A stretch of DNA of 64,000 bases from an uncultured Actinomycetota bacterium (GCA_963718995.1 CAVRAP010000006.1:5795-69794); one strand, 5' to 3'; shown: positions 47,135 to 56,715, numbered from the stretch's first letter. Translations and numbers: made by a program. The notes: a model not told the origin generated them from the sequence alone.

Positions 47135-47710
47135 ATGAAGCCGCAAAGGGTCGAAAGCGATGACATGGAAGAACTCGTTGCGCGGGCCCGAGCGGGCAGC
47201 AGCGAGGCTTTCGAGAAACTGGTAGAAGCTCACCAACACGAGGTGTTTGGTTTGGCCCTGCGACTGGTCGTCGACCGTGAACTTGCCGCCGACGTCTCTC
47301 AGGAGGCGTTCATCAGGGCGTGGCGTGCCCTCCCCAATTTCCGGGGCGATGCCGCCTTTTCCACCTGGCTTCACCGAATCACGGTCAACGCCGCGTGGAC
47401 CTTGAAGAAGCGGAAAGCGCGTCATGCCGCTCTACCCATCGACGAGTCACCGGAGCCGGCGGATCTCCGGCGGAGCTCCAATCCGGAACACGCCGGCGAG
47501 AATACGGAACTCAGAGCAAAACTGGCCGGGGCCCTCAATGATCTCCAACCCGCTCAACGGTCGGTTGTGGTTCTCAAGGACGTCTACGGATGGACCCACC
47601 ATGAGGTGGCCGAGTCGCTGGGGATCACCGTGACCGCGGCGAAAGTCCGCCTGCATCGAGCCCACCTCAAGCTGCGCGAGCAGCTACGCGACGTCGAGGA
47701 GTCAAGGTGA
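47135..47710 (+). CDS. ECF-type RNA polymerase sigma factor
   Basis: Sigma-70 region 2 'FEKLVEAHQHEVFGLALRLV...DVSQEAFIRAW' and region 4 'QRSVVVLKDVYGWTHHEVAESLGITVTAAKVRLHRA'. Confidence 0.85.
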   Translation: MKPQRVESDDMEELVARARAGSSEAFEKLVEAHQHEVFGLALRLVVDRELAADVSQEAFIRAWRALPNFRGDAAFSTWLHRITVNAAWTLKKRKARHAALPIDESPEPADLRRSSNPEHAGENTELRAKLAGALNDLQPAQRSVVVLKDVYGWTHHEVAESLGITVTAAKVRLHRAHLKLREQLRDVEESR

Positions 47711-48048
47711 ACACCCGTCTCCACCATTCACTCGTTCGCTGGCGCATCCCGGAACATGTGATGGGCGGCCGACCCTTCGGGGCTACCGATCAACAACATG
47801 TGGATGCCTGCTTGCGTTGTCAGGCGGAGGCCGCCAATTTCCGGGCCATCGCCAGGGCTTTGCGTTCGATGCGAGACCCCGAAGAGTCCGCCCCGCCCGG
47901 GCTCGTGATGCGAGTCATGGCCAACCTCAGCAGGCCGCTGACCGAAGCCCATCAGGGACCCGATCGGGTCGTTGTGGTGGCTTCAGTCGTGGTTGTTGCC
48001 GCGGCTATGGCATTATTGGGTCGTCACCGGCTACGGCCGGCTAGTTGA
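47707..48048 (+). CDS. putative anti-sigma factor (zinc-finger, single C-terminal TM)
   Basis: Overlaps the sigma gene stop by 4 nt. 'HVDACLRCQ' HxxxCxxC motif and C-terminal helix 'VVVASVVVVAAAMALL'. GTG start. Confidence 0.55.
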   Translation: MNTRLHHSLVRWRIPEHVMGGRPFGATDQQHVDACLRCQAEAANFRAIARALRSMRDPEESAPPGLVMRVMANLSRPLTEAHQGPDRVVVVASVVVVAAAMALLGRHRLRPAS

Positions 48049-48109
48049 TCGGAGTTTTACAGCCGATTTCGCGGGACCGTATACTTGCCCGTCACGTTGG
48101 ACCCCTCTT

Positions 48110-48185
48110 AGGGGTGTAGCTCGAAGTTGGTTAGAGCGCCGGTCTCCAAAACCGGAGGTTGTGGGTTCGAGTCCCTCCACCCCTG
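48110..48185 (+). tRNA. tRNA-Trp (CCA)
   Basis: Acceptor aggggtg/cacccct, D-arm 'gctcgaagttggttagagc' and anticodon loop 'ctccaaa'. Conserved position directly upstream of secE. Confidence 0.8.
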
Positions 48186-48210
48186 CTGATCGATACGAAA
48201 AGGTGTTGGC

Positions 48211-48510
48211 ATGAATCGAGAGATGCGCCGCCTCCAGGAGCGCGAAGAGCGCCTGCAGAAAAAGCAGGGAAAGCGGCGACCCCAAAAACGACCCCAAAAA
48301 GGTCAGGAGCAGCTGAACTTCTTCGCCCGTGTGCGGAAGTTCCTGAAGGAAGTCCGGGTCGAGCTGAAACGAGTTTCGTGGCCGTCGCGCGAGCAGATGG
48401 TTGCTTTCACGACCGTTACGATCATCACCAGTGCCGCCGTGACGGTGTTCGTATTCGGATTGGACTTCCTCTTCAAAGAGGGCATTCTCTTACTCCTGGC
48501 GAGGAATTGA
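48211..48510 (+). CDS. secE: preprotein translocase subunit SecE
   Basis: Basic N-terminus and a single C-terminal TM helix 'FTTVTIITSAAVTVFVFGLDFLF'. Synteny with nusG. Confidence 0.85.
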   Translation: MNREMRRLQEREERLQKKQGKRRPQKRPQKGQEQLNFFARVRKFLKEVRVELKRVSWPSREQMVAFTTVTIITSAAVTVFVFGLDFLFKEGILLLLARN

Positions 48511-48515
48511 TCGAC

Positions 48516-49145
48516 ATGGCCAAAGTGGTTGAGGAACAGCAAGAAGAAGAGACCGGAGCGGACGAGGAGAAGGTTGAAGAAGCCCCCCGTCCGGTCAGTC
48601 CATTCGATCTGCCCGGCGACTGGTATGTGATCCATTCGTACTCCGGGTACGAGAACAAGGTGAAAGTCAACCTCGAGACGCGAACCCGATCAATGCACAT
48701 GGAGGACCGCATCTTCGAGGTGGCGATCCCGATGGAAGATGTTGTCGAGTTCAAGGGTGGTAAGAAAGTCACCACCCCGAAGAAGGTATTCCCCGGGTAC
48801 ATCCTCGTCAGGATGTACCTCGACGATGACTCCTGGTACGCGGTGCGCAACACTCCCGGTGTGACGGGTTTCGTCGGATCCGGCATCAAGCCGACACCTC
48901 TGGCCAGACGCGAAGTTGAGCGATTCCTGGGAGTCCAGGAAGAGGAAGAAACCAAGAAGGCCCCACGGTTCAAGCCGGCGTGGGAGATCGGGGAAAGCGT
49001 GCGGGTGGTAACCGGCCCGTTCGCCGATTTCAACGGCGTGATCGAAGACATGAACATCGATCAGCAGAAGGTGACCGTGCTGGTGAACATCTTCGGTCGG
49101 GATACCCCGGTCGAATTGGGATTCGGCGACATCCAGAAGCAATAG
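48516..49145 (+). CDS. nusG: transcription termination/antitermination factor NusG
   Basis: NGN domain '[14 protein letters not shown]' and KOW '[22 protein letters not shown]'. Acidic N-terminal tail. Confidence 0.9.
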   Translation: MAKVVEEQQEEETGADEEKVEEAPRPVSPFDLPGDWYVIHSYSGYENKVKVNLETRTRSMHMEDRIFEVAIPMEDVVEFKGGKKVTTPKKVFPGYILVRMYLDDDSWYAVRNTPGVTGFVGSGIKPTPLARREVERFLGVQEEEETKKAPRFKPAWEIGESVRVVTGPFADFNGVIEDMNIDQQKVTVLVNIFGRDTPVELGFGDIQKQ

Positions 49146-49240
49146 GAGTTATCAGTCTTCCGAACAAACGGATGACTGAGGAACTGAGAGGGCGGCCGCA
49201 GGCCGACCGACTGAAGACTGAAATACTGAGGACTGAAATC
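49146..49240. repeat. degenerate CAGT/ACTG heptamer cluster with central palindrome gggcggccgcaggccgacc
   Basis: 'tcagtcttc...gactgaggaactgag...gactgaagactgaaatactgaggactgaaatc' in the nusG-rplK spacer. Confidence 0.6.
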
Positions 49241-49669
49241 ATGGGACGAAAACGACTAGCAGCCATCTTGAAGCTTCAAATCCCGGCCGGCCAGGCCAGC
49301 CCGGCGCCGCCGGTCGGTCCCGCACTCGGCCAGCACGGGGTGAACATCATGGACTTCGTGAAGGCGTACAACGCTGCCACGGAGAGCCAAACGGGCACCA
49401 TCGTTCCCGTCGAGATCTCGATCTATGAGGATCGCAGTTTCACCTTCATCACCAAGACCCCCCCGGCGGCGGTCTTGCTTCGGCAGGCCGCCCGGTTGGA
49501 GAAAGGTTCGCCGGAACCCCACAAGGAAAAAGTCGGGTCGGTCACCAGCGATCAGGTCCGTCAGATCGCCGAAACGAAGATGGTCGACCTGAACGCCAAC
49601 GATATCGAAGGGGCGATGAAGATCATCGCCGGAACCGCCCGTTCGATGGGGATTGTTGTCAAGGGTTGA
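49240..49669 (+). CDS. rplK: 50S ribosomal protein L11
   Basis: '[30 protein letters not shown]'. Confidence 0.95.
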
Positions 49670-49752
49670 TGCCTTTGGCAGTGATCAGTACTCAGTCTTC
49701 AGTCGTCAGTACTGATAACTGGCAACTGACAACTGCGGCACGAAGTGCCGCT
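49670..49752. repeat. CAGT-core heptamer array plus 7-bp GAAG-loop hairpin (gcggcac-gaag-gtgccgc)
   Basis: (cagtgat)(cagtact)(cagtctt)(cagtcgt)(cagtact)(gataact)(ggcaact)(gacaact), then the hairpin. Lies in the rplK-rplA spacer. Confidence 0.8.
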
Positions 49753-49810
49753 CTAGGAATTGGGAGGCTGCGGGCACAAAGTCCGGGCCGTTTGAACCAC
49801 AGGAGGAAAG

Positions 49811-50506
49811 ATGCCGAAGCACGGCAAGAAATACAACGATGCGTTGAAACTCTTCGACGCTACGACCGCCTATCCGGCCGCTGCGGCAGTTCAGCTGGTC
49901 AAGTCCATGTCCTTCGTCAAGTTCGATGAAACGGTCGAAGCTGTCTTCAAGCTCAGCATCGATCCCCGCAAGGCCGATCAGTTGGTGCGCGGCACCGTCA
50001 GCCTGCCACACGGCACCGGTAAAGATGTTCGGGTCGCAGTCTTTGCGCAAGGCGACAAAGTGCGCGAAGCCGAGGCGGCCGGGGCCGACCTCGTCGGCGG
50101 CGCCGAATTAGTTGCAGAATTCCAGGGCGGTCGAGCTCTCGAATTCGAAGTCGCCATCGCCACCCCCGATCTCATGGCCGAGGTCGGAAAGCTCGGGCGC
50201 GTGTTGGGCCCCCGCGGCCTGATGCCGAATCCCAAAGCCGGCACCGTCACGTTCGACGTGGGCAAGGCGGTCGAGGAGTTCAAGGCCGGCCGTATCGAGT
50301 ATCGCAACGATCGGTACGGCAATGTGCATGCTCCGATCGGCAAGGTCTCATTCACCGATGAGCAACTGGATGAGAATCTGGCGGCACTCACCGCCGAAAT
50401 TGTCCGGGCGCGTCCGGCGTCGGCCAAGGGGCGGTTCGTTCGCAACCTCTCGGTCTCGTCGACGATGGGTCCGGGGGTACGGGTCGACGTCGGCAAGATG
50501 CTGTAG
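49811..50506 (+). CDS. rplA: 50S ribosomal protein L1
   Basis: 231 aa with '[19 protein letters not shown]' and '[12 protein letters not shown]'. Confidence 0.95.
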   Translation: MPKHGKKYNDALKLFDATTAYPAAAAVQLVKSMSFVKFDETVEAVFKLSIDPRKADQLVRGTVSLPHGTGKDVRVAVFAQGDKVREAEAAGADLVGGAELVAEFQGGRALEFEVAIATPDLMAEVGKLGRVLGPRGLMPNPKAGTVTFDVGKAVEEFKAGRIEYRNDRYGNVHAPIGKVSFTDEQLDENLAALTAEIVRARPASAKGRFVRNLSVSSTMGPGVRVDVGKML

Positions 50507-50527
50507 ACAGTCTGGATCAGTTTTCAG

Positions 50528-50551
50528 TCGGGCGGCCCTCCGGGGCCGCCC
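50528..50551. terminator. stem-loop cgggcggccc-tccg-gggccgcccg followed by ctttgtt
   Basis: 10-bp perfect GC stem 22 nt after the rplA stop. Nearly identical to the hairpin after rplL. Confidence 0.6.
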
Positions 50552-50559
50552 GAGCTTTG

Positions 50560-51340
50560 TTGGTGGTGTGCCGGCCTGAGCTTTGTTGGTGGTGTGCCGT
50601 CCCCCCTCCGCCTCGCTGCGCTCGGCACCTCCCCCCTTCCTACTCACTTCGTTCGCAGGGGGGAGGGGTTCGCAGGGGGGAGGGCTTCGCAGGGCGGGGA
50701 GGGAGGTTGGGGAGAGGGCTTGGGGGTCCTCGTTCTCGAGCGAGGGCACGGTGGTTCCTTGGTGGGAACCTGGACTGACGGCGGTGCGAAGGCCGTCCCG
50801 CTGCCGCTCTTCTACGGCGATACGTCAGGGTAGGGGCTGTCGTATCGCCGGAGTGACACCGGTGCCCGTTCGTGCCTCGGTCTTGGGTGGGGGCGGTTGA
50901 CAACCACCCTTGGACAAGGACCCCCAAAGCAAAACGTTGAGTTGTCAACCGGAGTGTCGCGCAATGCGCGGCGTGTGTCTACTCGTTTTGGTGTTGAAGG
51001 TCTGCGGGTCTTTGTTGGTGGGAACCATCCCCCCTCCGCCTCGCTGCGCTCGGCACCTCCCCCCGTCTTGCTCACTTCGTTCGCCGGGGGGCGCGAGGCA
51101 TCCCCTCTCCGCCTGGCTGCGTCGGCACCTCCCCCCGTCTTGCTCACTTCGTTCGCCGGGGGGAGGGCGCGAGGCATCCCCTCTCCGCCTGGCTGCGCTC
51201 GGCACCTCCCCCCGTCTTGCTCACTTCGTTCGCCGGGGGGCGCGAGGCATCCCCTCTCCGCCTGGCTGCGTCGGCACCTCCCCCCGTCTTGCTCACTTCG
51301 TTCGCCGGGGGGAGGGGAGCGAGGCATCGACTTGGCGTTG
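50560..51340. repeat. ~0.8-kb block of GC-rich repeats in the rplA-rplJ leader (direct 22-bp duplication, inverted gttgacaac...gttgtcaac, and ~4.5 tandem ~64-bp units)
   Basis: Tandem unit 'ctcgctgcgctcggcacctccccccgtcttgctcacttcgttcgccggggggcgcgaggcatcccctctccgcctgg' from about 51030 to 51335. Related copies lie at 50600-50720. Confidence 0.85.
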
Positions 51341-51499
51341 ACCAACACCGATTGGTACTGTTTGGTTCACAACTCCAATACCTCGGCCGAAGACCGCCGG
51401 TGCCTCAGGGCTCAAAGGGAAATTCCCGCCTGCGCAGGTTGGACCTCACAAGGGGCCATTCGTCTTCGGCGAGGGCCCCCGTTTTGATGAGGAGGAGTA

Positions 51500-52609
51500 A
51501 TGCCAAGACCTGAGAAGGTCCAGGCAGTTGAAAAGATACGAGAGCAGTTCGGCGAAGCCCGGGCTACCTTCGTGACCGAGTATCGCGGTCTGACGGTCGG
51601 CGAGCAGCAAGAGTTGCGCCGGAGCGTGCGGAAGGCCCAGGGCGAGTACCAGGTTCTCAAAATGTCCCTGGCGCGCAGAGCTGTCGAGGACATGTCCCTC
51701 GAAAGCCTGTCGGAACTGCTCGTCGGACCGACCGCCCTTGCGTTTGCCAACCACGACGCGGTTTCGGTTGCGAAAGTCCTTCGGGATTTTGCATCCGAGC
51801 ATGACAAGCTGATCATCAAGGGAGGAATCCTCGGCGAGGTCTTTTTGCCGCCCGAGCAGATCTCTCGATTGGCCGACATTGAACCGCGAGACGTCTTGCT
51901 GTCCAAGATCGCCGGCGGTTTCAAGGCACCGTTGTCCAAGATGGCCGGATTGCTCGGCGCCAAGATACGTGACGCTGCATCGATGTTTTCTCAACTGCTG
52001 GAAAAGAAGGAAGCAGAAGCGCCGGAGGTTGAAGAGGCTCCCGTCGCGGTTGCCGTCCCAACCGACGTAGTGACTGAGGAGGCTCCTGCCGCTGTGGTTG
52101 AGGAGGTTGCCGAGGTTGTGACTGAGGAGGCTCCTGCCGCTGTGGTTGAGGAGGTTGCCGAGGTTGTGACTGAGGAGGCTCCTGCCGCTGTGGTTGAGGA
52201 GGTTGCCGAGGTTGTGACTGAGGAGGCTCCTGCCGCTGTGGTTGAGGAGGTTGCCGAGGTTGTGACTGAGGAGGCTCCTGCCGCTGTGGTTGAGGAGGTT
52301 GCCGAGGTTGTGACTGAGGAGGCTCCTGCCGCTGTGGTTGAGGAGGTTGCTGAGGTTGTGACTGAGGAGGCTCCTGCCGCTGTGGTTGAGGAGGTTGCTG
52401 AGGTTGTGACTGAGGAGGCTCCTGCCGCTAAGGCCGAAGCACCTAAGAAACCGGCACCAAAGAAATCGGCACCCAAGAAACCGGCACCAAAGAAACCGGC
52501 ACCAAAGAAGAAGCCCGCTCCCAAGGCCAAGGCCGAAACGAGTACGGCAACAGCAGATGCTGACACGGCACCTGCTGACGGATCCGACGACACCGCCAAG
52601 GAGGAATAG
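51500..52609 (+). CDS. rplJ: 50S ribosomal protein L10 with ~185-aa C-terminal extension (7 x 17-aa acidic repeats + PKK-rich basic tail)
   Basis: Canonical L10 core '[33 protein letters not shown]...'. Then ([16 protein letters not shown])x7, encoded by seven near-identical 51-bp units at 52069..52426. Then '[32 protein letters not shown]'. Confidence 0.9.
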   Translation: MPRPEKVQAVEKIREQFGEARATFVTEYRGLTVGEQQELRRSVRKAQGEYQVLKMSLARRAVEDMSLESLSELLVGPTALAFANHDAVSVAKVLRDFASEHDKLIIKGGILGEVFLPPEQISRLADIEPRDVLLSKIAGGFKAPLSKMAGLLGAKIRDAASMFSQLLEKKEAEAPEVEEAPVAVAVPTDVVTEEAPAAVVEEVAEVVTEEAPAAVVEEVAEVVTEEAPAAVVEEVAEVVTEEAPAAVVEEVAEVVTEEAPAAVVEEVAEVVTEEAPAAVVEEVAEVVTEEAPAAVVEEVAEVVTEEAPAAKAEAPKKPAPKKSAPKKPAPKKPAPKKKPAPKAKAETSTATADADTAPADGSDDTAKEE

Positions 52610-52614
52610 ACACC

Positions 52615-52998
52615 ATGGCAAAGATGAAGACAGACGAGCTCCTTGCGGTCTTCGAAGAGATGACCGTGCTCGAGCTCAAGGAATTCCTCGACTCGTTCGA
52701 GGAGCGGTTCGATGTCACGGCAGCCGCCCCGATGGCCATGGCAATGCCTGCCGCGGCCGGAGCTGCCGCCCCTGTGGAGGAAGAGCAGGACGAATTCGAC
52801 GTCATGCTCATTGCCGCAGGCGACAAGAAGATCCAGACCATCAAAGAGGTTCGGTCTTTGACCAGCCTTGGTCTGAAAGAAGCCAAGGACGTGGTCGACA
52901 ACGCCCCGAGCGCCGTGCTCGAAGGCGTGGACAAAGAGACCGCCGAAAAGGCCAAGGCCCAACTCGAGGGCGCAGGCGCTACGGTCGAACTGAAGTAA
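52615..52998 (+). CDS. rplL: 50S ribosomal protein L7/L12
   Basis: Ala-rich hinge and C-terminal '[27 protein letters not shown]...ATVELK'. Confidence 0.95.
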   Translation: MAKMKTDELLAVFEEMTVLELKEFLDSFEERFDVTAAAPMAMAMPAAAGAAAPVEEEQDEFDVMLIAAGDKKIQTIKEVRSLTSLGLKEAKDVVDNAPSAVLEGVDKETAEKAKAQLEGAGATVELK

Positions 52999-53024
52999 TC
53001 GATTCGACTGCGTCGAATCTCAGT

Positions 53025-53052
53025 CAGGGCGGCCCTTCGGGGCCGCCCTGAC
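53025..53052. terminator. 12-bp stem / UUCG-loop hairpin (tcagggcggccc-ttcg-gggccgccctga), preceded by a second hairpin gattcgac-tgc-gtcgaatc at 53002..53020
   Basis: Read directly. Lies between rplL and rpoB, the classical attenuator position. Confidence 0.6.
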
Positions 53053-53165
53053 AGTTTCCAGTCGGTCGGCCTGCGGCCGACCTCTCAGTTTCCAGTATCC
53101 AGTATCTGGCTATCCCAGGCCCGGGTAACTGGTAACCGGCAACCGCCAACTGCCAACTGGCGACG
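53052..53165. repeat. CAGT-core heptamer array with internal palindrome ggtcggcctgcggccgacc
   Basis: 'cagtttccagtcggtcggcctgcggccgacctctcagtttccagtatccagtatctggctatccc...ggtaactggtaaccggcaaccgccaactgccaactgg'. Confidence 0.8.
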
Positions 53166-53328
53166 CTTACCCTTGACCTGGCCCTCCCGGATGCGGTAGG
53201 TTCTACTTCACAAGCCCCGCAGATGGGCAGCTGTTTGCGGATGCAAATCTTTAGTTGTCGCCTCGTTAGTCGCGTGCTAACCTGGCGTTTCGTCGTCTGC
53301 AGCCATCCCAGGGCCCAAGGAGCAACAC

Positions 53329-56300
53329 TTGACTTCGCGCGTCGCTGACCGCTTCTCTTTTGGCAAAATCCCCGAAGTACTACCACTACCCGACCTGCTT
53401 GCGGTTCAATACGAATCGTTTCAATGGTTCATCGAAGAAGGCCTGAAAGAGATTTTCGTTGGCATCTCGCCGATCGAGGACTTCACGGGCGAGCTTGCGT
53501 TGGAATTGACCGACCATCGCTTCGGCGACCCGCCGAGGACGTTGGAGGAATGCAAGGAACGGGACGCTCACTTCTCGCGACCGTTGTTCGTGACCGCCCG
53601 GTTCGTGAACCGCAAGACCGGTGAGATCAAGGAGCAGCAGGTATTCCTCGGCGACTTCCCGATCATGACCGAAAACGGCGTGTTCATCATCAACGGCACC
53701 GAGCGGGTGGTCGTCAGTCAGCTGGTTCGTTCGCCCGGCGTCTACTTCGACAGCACCCCCGACAAGACCTCTGACCGCGAGATCTTCACAACCAAACTGA
53801 TTCCTGGTCGGGGCGCCTGGCTGGAATTCGACACCGACAAGCGCGACACGATCGGGGTGCGCGTTGATCGCAAGCGCCGCCAGTACGTCAGCGCCTTCCT
53901 GCGCGCCCTGGGGATCGCAGATTCCGATGAAGAGATCCTCGAGTTGTTCAACGGTGCCGAGTCGATCCGCAACACGCTGGCGCGTGACACGGCGGCCGAC
54001 AAGGACGAGGCGCTGCTGGACTTGTACCGGAAGTTGCGGCCCGGCGAGCCAACCACGGTTGAGTCGGCGCGTGGTCTCATCCAAACGCTTTTCAAGAACC
54101 CGAAGCGGTACGACCTGACGCGAGTTGGCCGCTACAAGATGAATCAGAAGTTCGGATGGCCGATTCCCACGGACTACGACCCCGAATCCCAGGGCCTCCT
54201 CACCAACGACGACATCCTCGACTCGATTCGTTACCTCGTGCACTTGCACGCTGGTGCGAAGACGTTCCTGACGTCCGCGGGTACCGAGGTGCCCGTCCAG
54301 ACCGACGATATCGATCACTTCGGCAACCGGCGCATCCGGACGGTCGGAGAACTGATCCAGAATCAGGTACGCGTGGGTCTCACCCGACTCGAGCGGGTTG
54401 TGCGCGAGCGGATGACTACCCAGGATCCTGAGTCGATCACTCCGCAAAGCCTGATCAATATTCGTCCGGTGGTTTCCGCCATCAACGAGTTTTTCGGCTC
54501 CAGCCAGCTCAGCCAGTTCATGGATCAGCCCAACCCTCTGGCCGGCCTGACCCACCGACGTCGTCTCTCGGCGCTCGGTCCCGGCGGTCTTTCGCGGGAA
54601 CGGGCCGGATTCGAGGTACGCGACGTTCATCCTTCCCACTACGGGCGGATGTGTCCGATCGAAACCCCTGAGGGTCCCAACATTGGTCTCATCGGGTCAC
54701 TCGCGACATTCGCCCGGGTCAACCGGTACGGGTTCATCGAGACGCCGTATCGCAAGGTTGAAGGAGGGACGGTCACGAAGAAGATCGACTTCCTGACGGC
54801 GAGCGAGGAAGAGCGATTCGTGATTGCCCAGGCCAATGCGCCGCTGAAGGAGAACGGGGCGTTCCTCAACGACCGGGTGCTCGTGCGCAAGGCAGGTGGC
54901 GGCGGCGAGATCGATCAGGTGCCGCCCAAAGAAGTCGACTACATGGATGTGTCGCCGAAGCAGATCGTATCGGTCGCCACCGCCCTCATCCCGTTCCTCG
55001 AACACGACGATGCGAACCGGGCGCTCATGGGTTCCAATATGCAGCGTCAAGCCGTGCCGCTCCTTCGCGCCGAAGCGCCGCTGGTCGGGACCGGAGTGGA
55101 AGCCCGGGCCGCCAAGGATTCGGGTGACATGGTCATCAGCACGGTTGCTGGTGAAGTCGTCGATGTCGATGGCAACAGCATCGTCGTCAAAGAGACCGGC
55201 ACGAACGCCAAGCACACCTTCCCCGTGCTGAAGTTCATCCGCTCCAACCAGGGAACGTGCATGAACCAGAAGGCATTGGTGCGGGTCGGCGACAAGGTCA
55301 AGGTCGGCGACGTCCTGGCCGACGGGCACAGCACCGATCAGGGAGAGTTGGCCCTCGGGCGCAACTTGCTGGTTGCGTTCATGCCGTGGGAGGGCCACAA
55401 CTACGAAGACGCCATCATCATCTCCGAGCGTCTCGTCAAAGATGACGTGCTGACTTCGATTCACATCGAAGAGCACGAAATCGAGGCACGGGACACCAAA
55501 CTTGGAGCGGAGGAGATCACCCGCGACATTCCGAATGTTGCCGAAGAAGTCCTCCACGACCTCGACGAGAACGGCATCATCCGCATCGGAGCCGAAGTCG
55601 GACCGGGTGACTACCTGGTCGGCAAAGTGACCCCGAAGGGTGAGACCGAGCTGACCCCCGAAGAACGCCTGCTGCGCGCGATTTTCGGTGAGAAAGCCCG
55701 GGAAGTTCGCGACACGTCACTCAAAGTTCCTCACGGTGAGGCCGGCAAGGTCACCGACGTGAAGGTGCTGCGGCGTTCCGAGGGCTACGACCTCAAACCG
55801 GGTGTCAATGAGCTCGTGCGGGTCCATGTCGCTCAGCAGCGGAAGATCTCTGAAGGCGACAAACTGGCCGGACGCCACGGCAACAAGGGGGTCATCGCCA
55901 AGATCCTCCCTGAAGAGGATATGCCCTTCATGGAGGACGGGACCCCGGTCGACATCATCCTTTCGCCGCTGGGGGTTCCCTCTCGCATGAACCTCGGTCA
56001 GGTGCTCGAGACCCACTTGGGCTGGGCAGCCGGCCAGGGATGGGCTCCTTTCGAGTCCGATAGCCCGGCGGCGGTCGGGGCCAAGCCCTGGACCAGGGTG
56101 GCAACCCCGGTGTTCGACGGTGCCCGTGAAGGGGAGATCGCCGACGTCCTGGCGAACAGCTTCCCGAACCGGGACGGCCAGCAGCTGGTCGATGGGACGG
56201 GCAAGGCCTTTCTCACCGACGGGCGCAGCGGCCGGCGGTACGACCGTCGCATCACGATCGGGCAGATCTATATCTTGAAACTCGTCCACCTGGTTGACGA

Positions 56301-56715
56301 CAAGATTCACGCCCGGTCCACCGGCCCGTACTCAATGATCACGCAGCAGCCCCTCGGCGGTAAAGCCCAGTTCGGTGGCCAGCGCTTCGGAGAAATGGAA
56401 GTCTGGGCTCTCGAGGCTTACGGCGCTGCCTATGCCCTGCAAGAGCTCCTGACGATCAAATCCGACGACGTGGCCGGCCGTGTGAAGGTCTATGAGGCCA
56501 TCGTCAAGGGCGAAAACATCCCCGAACCCGGTATCCCGGAATCGTTCAAGGTGCTGGTCAAGGAAATGCAGAGTCTTTGCCTCAACGTCGAGATGCTCTC
56601 GGCCGGTGAGGAAATCGAACTGCGGGAGCTCGATGAGGATGTGTTCCGCACTGCGGAATCCCTCGGAATCGATCTCTCCCGGCCGGAACGCCGCGAATCA
56701 GAAATCGACGTATAA
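53329..56715 (+). CDS. rpoB: DNA-directed RNA polymerase subunit beta
   Basis: 1128 aa. TTG start with RBS 'aaggag'. Conserved blocks throughout, for example '[13 protein letters not shown]' and 'MNVGQ'-type regions. Confidence 0.97.
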   Translation: MTSRVADRFSFGKIPEVLPLPDLLAVQYESFQWFIEEGLKEIFVGISPIEDFTGELALELTDHRFGDPPRTLEECKERDAHFSRPLFVTARFVNRKTGEIKEQQVFLGDFPIMTENGVFIINGTERVVVSQLVRSPGVYFDSTPDKTSDREIFTTKLIPGRGAWLEFDTDKRDTIGVRVDRKRRQYVSAFLRALGIADSDEEILELFNGAESIRNTLARDTAADKDEALLDLYRKLRPGEPTTVESARGLIQTLFKNPKRYDLTRVGRYKMNQKFGWPIPTDYDPESQGLLTNDDILDSIRYLVHLHAGAKTFLTSAGTEVPVQTDDIDHFGNRRIRTVGELIQNQVRVGLTRLERVVRERMTTQDPESITPQSLINIRPVVSAINEFFGSSQLSQFMDQPNPLAGLTHRRRLSALGPGGLSRERAGFEVRDVHPSHYGRMCPIETPEGPNIGLIGSLATFARVNRYGFIETPYRKVEGGTVTKKIDFLTASEEERFVIAQANAPLKENGAFLNDRVLVRKAGGGGEIDQVPPKEVDYMDVSPKQIVSVATALIPFLEHDDANRALMGSNMQRQAVPLLRAEAPLVGTGVEARAAKDSGDMVISTVAGEVVDVDGNSIVVKETGTNAKHTFPVLKFIRSNQGTCMNQKALVRVGDKVKVGDVLADGHSTDQGELALGRNLLVAFMPWEGHNYEDAIIISERLVKDDVLTSIHIEEHEIEARDTKLGAEEITRDIPNVAEEVLHDLDENGIIRIGAEVGPGDYLVGKVTPKGETELTPEERLLRAIFGEKAREVRDTSLKVPHGEAGKVTDVKVLRRSEGYDLKPGVNELVRVHVAQQRKISEGDKLAGRHGNKGVIAKILPEEDMPFMEDGTPVDIILSPLGVPSRMNLGQVLETHLGWAAGQGWAPFESDSPAAVGAKPWTRVATPVFDGAREGEIADVLANSFPNRDGQQLVDGTGKAFLTDGRSGRRYDRRITIGQIYILKLVHLVDDKIHARSTGPYSMITQQPLGGKAQFGGQRFGEMEVWALEAYGAAYALQELLTIKSDDVAGRVKVYEAIVKGENIPEPGIPESFKVLVKEMQSLCLNVEMLSAGEEIELRELDEDVFRTAESLGIDLSRPERRESEIDV

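Noticed and set aside
52069-52426. Possible CRISPR array (regular 51-bp repeats)
   Set aside because: The repeats are contiguous with no unique spacers and lie inside the rplJ reading frame encoding a 17-aa peptide repeat. No cas genes are nearby. The 50560-51340 and 42040-42350 arrays likewise lack spacers.
51446-52962. Minus-strand ORFs (391 aa and 323 aa) across rplJ/rplL
   Set aside because: They are artefacts of the seven 51-bp coding repeats read in reverse (repetitive '[16 protein letters not shown]' / '[16 protein letters not shown]'). rplJ and rplL on the plus strand are certain.
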